Source: Verrucomicrobiota bacterium | GTDB taxonomy: Bacteria > Verrucomicrobiota > Verrucomicrobiia > Opitutales > Cerasicoccaceae | NCBI GenBank assembly: GCA_039818205.1 | Contig: JBCBUK010000008.1 | Span: forward strand, 32,001 to 96,000 | Direction of reading: 5' to 3' | Length of the DNA: 64,000 nucleotides | In this document: one piece after another, positions 57,079-64,000 of the stretch | How positions within the stretch are numbered: the first letter of the stretch is position 1 | How the letters are laid out: every line of letters starts with the position of its first letter | Program-made: the position numbers and the translations under genes | Notes under the pieces: model-generated | Seen by the model: only the letters and a program-made list of their open reading frames with translations | Databases searched by the model: none | Told to the model about the DNA's origin: nothing

Positions 57079-58536
57079 ATGGCACACCAGGGACTTCAAC
57101 AAGTTCAGAAGCAAGCGCAGACTTTGGTTCTGGCGCCGCAATTACGTCAGTCCCTAAAAATTCTCCAGGCACCGACCCTTGAATTGCGAAATTCAATACT
57201 CGAGGAATTACAGCAGAATCCGACCCTCGAGGAACTCCCCATTGACGGGATTAGCCTTGAGCAGCAAACCTCCGAGAATAGTCCAGAGTCCTCCACGACG
57301 GAGTCGAGTGACAGCGATGAGCTCCAGCTAAGCGAAGAAGACTACTCGAAGCTCAGCCAGCTGGATGAGGATTACCGCGAGTATTACAGCCAGGAGGCGT
57401 CCAACCAGAGCTACACCAGTGAGGATGCCCAGCGTCGCCAGCATTTTTTTGATTCCTTGGTTAGCGAGACCTCGCTTCAGGAACACCTGCTGCGCCAAGC
57501 AGATTTGGCCGACGTAACGCCGGAGCAAAAAGAAGCAGTCGACTACCTAATCGGGAGCCTGGATGACCGCGGCTTTTTAACCGTCGCTTTGTCGGATGTC
57601 TCACTAGCGACCCGCCTACCCTTGCAGGATGTGCAAATGGCGGCGGATCTTCTTAAGTCACTCGATCCTCCGGGTATTGGTGCCAAGGACATTCAAGACT
57701 GCCTGCTGACCCAGCTCGCCTTGACGGATCGTGATGACACGCTAGCAGCCGAGATAATTCGAGACTACTACGAGCTTCTCCTGCGCCACCGCATCCCGGA
57801 CATCGCCCGTAAGACCAGCGCTTCTATTGATGAGGTCCAGTTTGCGATTGAGGAGATTTCATCATTGGATCCGGCTCCAGGTAGCAAATTTTCAGAGGAC
57901 AGCAATCGGATTGTCGTGCCCGACGTGACGGTTGAGAAAGTGGACGACCAATGGGCGATTACACTTAATAACGACTATATTCCACGCCTACGCATCAGCC
58001 CAGCCTACAAGGAGATGATTGCGACCGGCAAAATTATTGGCAAAGACAAAGAGTACATTCGCGAGAAGATTCGCGCTGGGCGCTTTTTGATGAATTCCAT
58101 CGAACAGCGTCAGCAAACAATCGAACGAATTACCCAGGAAATCCTAGCATTTCAGGAAGAGTTCTTTGAGGTCGGCGTATCCAAGCTCCGTCCATTGACC
58201 ATGAATCAGATTGCGCAAAATGTTGGGGTCCACGAAACAACCGTGAGTCGAGCAATCGCCAATAAGTTCATCGAGACGCCGCATGGCGTATTTGAGTTCA
58301 AGTATTTCTTCACGCCAGGATATCAAGGTAAGAACGGACAGTCGGTCTCCAATAAGAGTATTAAGGACCGAATCGCGCAGATTATTTCCAATGAAAATAC
58401 TGCGAAACCTCACAGTGATCAGGAGGTCGTCAAGATTCTGGCCGAGGAGGATGTCAAAATCGCACGGCGAACGGTAGCCAAGTACCGTGAAGAACTCGGC
58501 ATTCTACCGACAAATCTGCGCCGACGCTTCAACTAA
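57079..58536 (+). CDS. rpoN: RNA polymerase sigma-54 factor
   Basis: Gln/Leu-rich region I, HETTVSRA, RpoN box ARRTVAKYR. Confidence 0.97.
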   Translation: MAHQGLQQVQKQAQTLVLAPQLRQSLKILQAPTLELRNSILEELQQNPTLEELPIDGISLEQQTSENSPESSTTESSDSDELQLSEEDYSKLSQLDEDYREYYSQEASNQSYTSEDAQRRQHFFDSLVSETSLQEHLLRQADLADVTPEQKEAVDYLIGSLDDRGFLTVALSDVSLATRLPLQDVQMAADLLKSLDPPGIGAKDIQDCLLTQLALTDRDDTLAAEIIRDYYELLLRHRIPDIARKTSASIDEVQFAIEEISSLDPAPGSKFSEDSNRIVVPDVTVEKVDDQWAITLNNDYIPRLRISPAYKEMIATGKIIGKDKEYIREKIRAGRFLMNSIEQRQQTIERITQEILAFQEEFFEVGVSKLRPLTMNQIAQNVGVHETTVSRAIANKFIETPHGVFEFKYFFTPGYQGKNGQSVSNKSIKDRIAQIISNENTAKPHSDQEVVKILAEEDVKIARRTVAKYREELGILPTNLRRRFN

Positions 58537-58553
58537 GCATTGATTGCTTCGGT

Positions 58554-59078
58554 TCAGGAAAGAGTTTCTTTCCCGAGGAGCCAAAGGATGTCCGCTAGGC
58601 GGTTCAGGTATTGAATGATGTTCGAGCGCACCTGAGATCCGCTGTGCCGAAGTGAGATCACCTCTCGTTCAGCGCGACGACAAACCGTTCGGGCCAAATC
58701 AAAAAACGCCTGACTCGGATTATCTCCGGGCAGTATCCAATCATTGAGTCCACCAACCGAAGACTCCAGCTCTGCGATCATCGCATCTAGGCGCTGAAGT
58801 GGTTCACCGTTCATTATGTTGCCCGCACTATTGCGCAGTCGTCCGTGATCGGATTGATCGGTCGCCAATTCCGCCATCACTTGAATGAGCTCTTTCTGTG
58901 TCTCTAAAATAAAGTCGCGCGTGTTGGCTCCCCGACAGTGAGCCCGACAAAGCCCGAGCGCAGCGTTTAACTCATCTACGGCCCCATAGGCTTTTACACG
59001 TGGATGATCCTTCGGGACCCGACGCCCGTACATCAATGCGGTTTCACCTTGATCTCCCGTGCGCGTGGCAATCGACAT
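58554..59078 (-). CDS. PduO-type cob(I)alamin adenosyltransferase
   Basis: TRTGDQGET, AYGAVDELN, ARTVCRRAER, YLNRLAD. Confidence 0.92.
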   Translation of the reverse strand: MSIATRTGDQGETALMYGRRVPKDHPRVKAYGAVDELNAALGLCRAHCRGANTRDFILETQKELIQVMAELATDQSDHGRLRNSAGNIMNGEPLQRLDAMIAELESSVGGLNDWILPGDNPSQAFFDLARTVCRRAEREVISLRHSGSQVRSNIIQYLNRLADILWLLGKETLS

Positions 59079-59125
59079 GATGTTAACTTAACTCAGAAAT
59101 TGATGACTTTAAAGGCAGAAATAGA

Positions 59126-59162
59126 GGGATGCTTGCCGACGTCTGGCGCGAACAAGCATCCC
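59126..59162 (-). terminator. hairpin downstream of the carboxyltransferase gene
   Basis: GGGATGCTTG-N17-CAAGCATCCC with a weak U-tail. Confidence 0.4.
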
Positions 59163-59206
59163 AATCTACCAGGATTCAACTGCTACGATACCTTTATGCT
59201 GAAAAT

Positions 59207-60709
59207 CTACAACTCTTCGACCTGAACTTCCATGCGCCGTCCATCAATGGTTAACGCATAGCGCTTCGCTTCATCTGTCTCGTTCACCGGTGGTGCACTC
59301 GTGGGCGTTGCTGCTTTCGCGGATGATTGGGCCGGCTGATCCGACTTGGGCTTGTTCTTATTCGCGTAGTGCGTGGCCAATTGCGCTGGGAACATCGCGT
59401 GAATGACGCAATGCTCATCGTCATCGGGAATCCCGGCGTCCTGAAGTTGCTTGCGGAGATCGTCCATGTGCGTATGGTTCGAACCGGGTGCTTCGACCGG
59501 GCGGCACGTGATCGGATCCTTATCCATTTGCTTGGCGGCCAACTTCTGAATCTCGGGATCGACTCTCGCGGGCGTGATTCCGTAGTAACCGAGCGCAATA
59601 TCCGCCGCTTGAGGCGAGATCTGTTTCCAACGGCCAAACTTCACATTGAGGAAGGCTTGCATGCCGACAATTTGTGAGGTTGGCGTGACCAGTGGAATCC
59701 ACCCAAGAGCTTCGCGGACGACCGGAATTTCGGCGAAGACCTCCTCAAATTTGTCCTCCATTTTCTGGTCTTTGAGCTGTTTTCGGAAATTCGAAAGCAT
59801 ACCGCCCGGCACTTGGTAGAGCAGCGCATCGTTGTCGACGACCTCATTTTGGTGCGAAGTAAAATCAGACAGCTCTCCGTAAACACCGTCCAGGTGTGTG
59901 CGAATCCGGGCCAATCGCTCCATGTCCTCTTTCGAGAAATCGGGGCAGCGCGGATGATCTTTGAGCATTGCGAGCATGCGTGTCGTATCCGGTTGACCGG
60001 TGCCGTTCGCAAACGGAATCACGCCACAGTCTATCGCGTCGACCCCGGCGTCGATGGCGGCCATGTAGCAGCCGGTTCCAAGTCCCGTGGTATCATGAGT
60101 ATGAATCCAAACGGGAATCTTTGTCTGCTTTTTTAGGCCAGAGACGATATCGCTTGCGTGCTGAGGGGGAATCAGCCCCGCCATGTCTTTAACCACGATG
60201 GCGTCGCATCCCATCTCTTCAAGCTGACATCCAAGCTCAATGAACTTCTCGGTCGTGTGAACTGGGCTTGTCGTGTAGCAAATCGTGCCATGCGCCTGAC
60301 CGCCCGCCTTCTTCGTGGCTTCAATCGCGGTCTGCATGTTCCGCGGATCATTCAGCGCATCAAATATTCGGAAAATATCCATGCCATGCTTCACCGAGGT
60401 TTGGATGAACGCGGATACAACATCGTCGGGAAAGTGCGCGTATTGAACGATGTTCTGTCCCCGCAGCAACATCATATGCGGGGTTTTCGGGCAGGCCTTT
60501 TTCAAGGCGTCCAAACGATCAAAGGGAAACTCATCCAGGAATCGTAATCCTGAATCGATGGTTGCCCCACCCCAGGTCTCAAGTGCCCCAAATCCAATCG
60601 CATCCAGGTCTTCACAAACGGGAAGCATCTGGTCGGTTTTCATCCGCGTTGCCGCGAGACTCTGGTGGCCGTCGCGAAGGACATTGTTGTTAAAGATTAC
60701 TTTATTCAT
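59207..60709 (-). CDS. pyruvate/oxaloacetate carboxyltransferase subunit (PycB/OadA/5S-like) lacking a biotinyl domain
   Basis: LRDGHQSL.ATR, ETWGGAT, MLLRGQN, KDMAG, HTH, QVPGGM, LVTPTSQIVG; no AMKM motif. Confidence 0.9.
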   Translation of the reverse strand: MNKVIFNNNVLRDGHQSLAATRMKTDQMLPVCEDLDAIGFGALETWGGATIDSGLRFLDEFPFDRLDALKKACPKTPHMMLLRGQNIVQYAHFPDDVVSAFIQTSVKHGMDIFRIFDALNDPRNMQTAIEATKKAGGQAHGTICYTTSPVHTTEKFIELGCQLEEMGCDAIVVKDMAGLIPPQHASDIVSGLKKQTKIPVWIHTHDTTGLGTGCYMAAIDAGVDAIDCGVIPFANGTGQPDTTRMLAMLKDHPRCPDFSKEDMERLARIRTHLDGVYGELSDFTSHQNEVVDNDALLYQVPGGMLSNFRKQLKDQKMEDKFEEVFAEIPVVREALGWIPLVTPTSQIVGMQAFLNVKFGRWKQISPQAADIALGYYGITPARVDPEIQKLAAKQMDKDPITCRPVEAPGSNHTHMDDLRKQLQDAGIPDDDEHCVIHAMFPAQLATHYANKNKPKSDQPAQSSAKAATPTSAPPVNETDEAKRYALTIDGRRMEVQVEEL

Positions 60710-60864
60710 GGCAAATATTTATTAGAGTTTTAAATAATAAGCTTACACAGGACAAGAAAAAATGATCAAATAATTACCTCGGACCAAAGAATGCCGATCA
60801 ATTCTAGGGACAGCCCGAGAAAAACTGGCCAAGTCGAGATCACTCTAGATAGATTTACGGAAAC

Positions 60865-61896
60865 ATGCAGACCATTTCTCGCCGGAAAAAACACTACGAC
60901 GTCAATGCCGACCTGCGTTCCTACCTGAAGCAGTATGGTCGAGAAACGGATCTCCCGATCCTGTATCGCGGGCTAACGAAGCCCTATGAGTCGTTCCCCC
61001 TTATTGATAAAGAGGGAGAAGATACTCTGTGGCGGACCTATATTTACGAGCCAACGCTGTTTACGGAAATCAATACCGCACTCACCCGCATCTACGCCTT
61101 GCTTAAGGCAGCGGGCAATTTGCAGGTCATGGATCACCTGCGCGTCGACCGGGTTGATTTCTGTTCTTTTGGCAATTCGCAGCCGTTTCGTGTGCGCATC
61201 GTTAATCAATACAACGACAATCACGATTATTTCTACATCAAGAAGGCCGATGCCTCGCGGATATACGGCCTTGAGCTCGAGGAGCTGCTTTCGCCATCGT
61301 CGATCAATTTCCTCGTTCACGAAGACACCTTAATTGAAGAACACATCGTCGGGATCCCTGGCGATCAGTTCATCAACGACCACCTCCACCAGCCCTCACT
61401 CAACCGTGTTCGGGTCGCGAAGGAGTTTATTAAATTCAATGAGCGATGCTTTGTTCGCCTGCTCGGAGATATGCGTTCCTACAACTACGTCGTCGGGATC
61501 ACCCCAGACTTCGAAGATGAGCAATACCGGGTCCGGCCAATTGACTTTGATCAACAGTGCTATGAAGGGCGCTACAAGATCTACCTCCCTCAGTTTTTTA
61601 AGGACAACCTGCCGGTGGTGAAACTCGTTACTGGACTTCTCAACACGGAAACGACCGAGCAATACCAGAACGAAGAGCGGGCGCTCATGGCTCGTCGCGC
61701 CAACACCATCCCCTACCGACTTTCCAACCTGCGTATTTGCATGGGTGAGGATCAGATTTCAACCGAGGAAAAGACTAAGCAACTCGCAGAAGAACTCGCC
61801 GAATACCACGAGCACAAAGAGTTTCTCGATTGCAAATCAATGGGCGAAATCGTGTTCCGCCACGTCGATTACCTGCTCTTCGAGCAAGAAGACTGA
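60865..61896 (+). CDS. conserved hypothetical protein with atypical-kinase-like motifs
   Basis: FYIKK, YGLELE, IEEHIVG, LGDMRSYN, IDFD. Confidence 0.65.
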   Translation: MQTISRRKKHYDVNADLRSYLKQYGRETDLPILYRGLTKPYESFPLIDKEGEDTLWRTYIYEPTLFTEINTALTRIYALLKAAGNLQVMDHLRVDRVDFCSFGNSQPFRVRIVNQYNDNHDYFYIKKADASRIYGLELEELLSPSSINFLVHEDTLIEEHIVGIPGDQFINDHLHQPSLNRVRVAKEFIKFNERCFVRLLGDMRSYNYVVGITPDFEDEQYRVRPIDFDQQCYEGRYKIYLPQFFKDNLPVVKLVTGLLNTETTEQYQNEERALMARRANTIPYRLSNLRICMGEDQISTEEKTKQLAEELAEYHEHKEFLDCKSMGEIVFRHVDYLLFEQED

Positions 61897-61902
61897 ACTT
61901 AA

Positions 61903-61977
61903 TGGAGGTGCGGGGCGGAATCGAACCGCCGAATACAGGTTTTGCAGACCCGGGCCTTACCACTTGGCTACCGCACC
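61903..61977 (-). tRNA. tRNA-Cys (GCA)
   Basis: GGTGCGGTAGCCAAGTGGTAAGGCCCGGGTCTGCAAAACCTGTATTCGGCGGTTCGATTCCGCCCCGCACCTCCA; cloverleaf with encoded CCA. Confidence 0.96.
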
Positions 61978-62096
61978 ATTTGCGAAAAGGAGTAATCAAT
62001 CGGATTCAGAGCAGGATTCAAGCGCTTTTTGCTAAAAAGCGTGGAATTTGCATTTTCCACTTTCTCCGGGGGCATTTCTAATCTAAACCACTCCGA

Positions 62097-62882
62097 ATGC
62101 CGACGAAGGTGTTCTCTATTGCGAACCAAAAAGGTGGCGTGGGTAAAACGACGACCGCCATCAATCTATCGGTGGGTCTTGCCCGCCGCAAAATCCCAAC
62201 CCTGTTGATCGATCTCGATCCGCAGGCAAATGCCACGAGCGGCCTTGGCTTCGAAAAGGAGCCCGGCGGCAGTCTTTATGATGCCCTTCATGGTGAAGGC
62301 CAAGGTCTCGATAAGGTCGTGCCCACTCGTGAGAAACACCTTTCGTTGATCCCCTCGGAAGTCGATTTGGCCGCGATCGAAATGGAGCTTGGCCAGCGAG
62401 AAGACTACTTGGTGCAGTTGAAGAACGTGCTGCAGCCCGTCCTTGATAGCGGCCAGTTCTCGGCAATTGTCTTGGACTGCCCCCCTGCCCTCGGAATGAT
62501 TTCCATGAATAGCTTGGCCGTCGCAGATTACCTGCTCGTGGCACTTCAGTGTGAGTATTTGGCGCTCGAGGGTCTCGGTCAAATTCTCGCCGTGGTCGAG
62601 CAACTTAAAGAAGCCGAAGTAAACCCAACCCTTGAAGTTGGCGGAATCTTGATGACCATGTATGATTCGCGAACGAAACTATCCAAGGAGGTTGTTGATG
62701 AGGTCCGTAACTATCGGCCTGATTTAATATTTAACACGGTAATCCCCCGGACAGTTCGTCTCAGTGAAGCACCCAGTTTCGGGAGGTCGATCTTTGAGCA
62801 CGCTCGCCTAAACCCTGGTGCTTTTGCCTACGGCAAGTTGGCGAAAGAAGTTATCGAGCGCTTTAACCTAGAAAAAGCCTAG
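62097..62882 (+). CDS. parA: ParA/Soj family ATPase
   Basis: NQKGGVGKTTT, DLDPQANAT, DCPPALG, QCEYLALEG, IPRTVRLSEAPSFG. Confidence 0.93.
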   Translation: MPTKVFSIANQKGGVGKTTTAINLSVGLARRKIPTLLIDLDPQANATSGLGFEKEPGGSLYDALHGEGQGLDKVVPTREKHLSLIPSEVDLAAIEMELGQREDYLVQLKNVLQPVLDSGQFSAIVLDCPPALGMISMNSLAVADYLLVALQCEYLALEGLGQILAVVEQLKEAEVNPTLEVGGILMTMYDSRTKLSKEVVDEVRNYRPDLIFNTVIPRTVRLSEAPSFGRSIFEHARLNPGAFAYGKLAKEVIERFNLEKA

Positions 62883-63014
62883 CGGGCTCCGCTCGCAGAA
62901 ATCACGGAACATGTCGGACGATACATGTTCTTCTTGGGTTCCCATTGATAGATTATAATTTTCTTTCGATTTAATAAATGATCAGCCCGCATATGGCTGA
63001 TATCCTGCGTAACT

Positions 63015-63533
63015 ATGGCCGAAGCCAACAGCATTATCGCACTCATTGTCGTTTACCTAATCGTCTTGATTGGGTTACTTGGGTCACTGCTCCCGGTTTT
63101 ACCGGGCTGCTTCATTATCTGGTGCGGTATCTTGATCTATAAGTTCTGGATACCCGAAGACTACACCTGGACATTCGTCGCCATAAATGCGCTCTTGGTG
63201 ATCCTCGCGCAGGTTCTAGATTTCCTCGCAGGGCTTTGGGGCGCACGGAAGTTTGGTGCCAGTTGGCGAGGCGGAATCGGTGCCCTGATCGGTGCGATTC
63301 TGGGGCCTTTCGTATTGTCCGTTATTCCGGGTCTGGGAACCGTTGCGGGTCTGATTCTTGGCCCCGTGATCGGTGCTTTCTTGGGAGAACTTTCGGCCGG
63401 CCGCACAATCAAAGAAGGTGGCAAGGCAGGGGTTGGAACGGTGGTTGGCGGTATGGTTGCTTTTGCCATGAAGTTTGCAATTGCCCTTGGTATGGTTGGT
63501 TGGTTCACCTTCCAAGTCTTTTTTGCTGGATGA
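63015..63533 (+). CDS. DUF456 family membrane protein
   Basis: LPVLPG, GARKFGAS, GPVIGAFLGE. Confidence 0.85.
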   Translation: MAEANSIIALIVVYLIVLIGLLGSLLPVLPGCFIIWCGILIYKFWIPEDYTWTFVAINALLVILAQVLDFLAGLWGARKFGASWRGGIGALIGAILGPFVLSVIPGLGTVAGLILGPVIGAFLGELSAGRTIKEGGKAGVGTVVGGMVAFAMKFAIALGMVGWFTFQVFFAG

Positions 63534-64000
63534 GTATCGTTGTCGAAGATTGGGGGCGCACCCGCTATCGCGAGGCCCTTGAGCGCCAGTTGACTGCAGT
63601 CGAGGAGCGCATCGATGGTGGAACCGATCGGCTGATCTTCACCGAACACCAACCCGTGTACACGGTCGGTCGCCGCAAGGACGCGATACAGCACCTCCTG
63701 CTTGATTCCGATGCCTTAGCCGAGCGCGGTATTGATTTGGTTGAAACCACCCGGGGTGGCGACATTACCTACCACGGTCCCGGCCAGATTGTTGGCTACG
63801 CCGTATTGTCTCTGGATCATCGACGGGATCTACACGGCTATCTCCGAGACCTGGAACAAGTGCTCATCAACGCGCTCATGACGGTCGGACTCGCCGCGAG
63901 CCGCCGTGAGGGCCTGACTGGAATTTGGCTCGAGAATCGCAAAATCGCCGCCATTGGCGTCGCGGTGAAACGCTGGATCAGCTATCATGGCTTTGCGCTG
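63530..64000 (+). CDS. lipB: lipoyl(octanoyl) transferase, N-terminal part; runs off window
   Basis: From ATG 63530: MSIVVEDWGRTRY...FTEHQPVYTVGRR...RGGDITYHGPGQIVGY...TGIWL..RKIAAIGVAVKRWISYHGFAL. Confidence 0.95.
   Translation, partial: MSIVVEDWGRTRYREALERQLTAVEERIDGGTDRLIFTEHQPVYTVGRRKDAIQHLLLDSDALAERGIDLVETTRGGDITYHGPGQIVGYAVLSLDHRRDLHGYLRDLEQVLINALMTVGLAASRREGLTGIWLENRKIAAIGVAVKRWISYHGFAL

Noticed and set aside
61903..61977. tRNA-Cys as integration site of a genomic island
   Set aside because: No integrase and no duplicated tRNA 3' end seen; flanking genes look chromosomal.
1..64000. CRISPR arrays, rRNA, IS elements, prophage
   Set aside because: No regularly spaced repeats, rRNA signatures, transposases, integrases or phage structural clusters were seen by eye.

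Overview
A 64-kb stretch of a bacterial chromosome, most likely Verrucomicrobiota (Opitutales/Puniceicoccaceae-like). This is inferred from the double-length UvrA, the H-X9-DG-type prepilin, the sulfatase, the GH43-like enzyme and the Tat-exported Gfo/Idh/MocA enzyme. Most genes are housekeeping: malQ, purD, rpiB, glyA, CBS-PPase, yggS, uvrA, folD/folK/pabB/pabC, proC, a six-gene TonB2-type operon, two hsp20 genes, crtI, dps, gpsA, panB, rpoN, parA, lipB and tRNA-Cys. I found no CRISPR array, rRNA, transposase or integrase. The most notable signals are: (1) a 28-bp dif-like XerC/XerD site at 4456-4483, with KOPS octamers flipping orientation across it, which suggests the replication terminus; (2) next to it, an orphan Hcp (T6SS/phage tail-tube-like) protein carrying a Sec signal peptide, apparently co-transcribed with a secreted three-domain protein and with no other T6SS genes in the window; (3) a DnaA-box cluster with an IHF-like site at about 50.9-51.05 kb, and a second inverted DnaA-box pair just upstream of an HNH nuclease gene; (4) a sigma54-type promoter layout upstream of the hsp20 pair; (5) a candidate structured sRNA at 51694-51806; (6) a stand-alone histidine-kinase DHp-like mini-protein; (7) a sensorless Ser/Thr kinase directly upstream of rpoN; and (8) an uncharacterised atypical-kinase-like protein. 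All calls come from reading the sequence by eye; no database searches were run.
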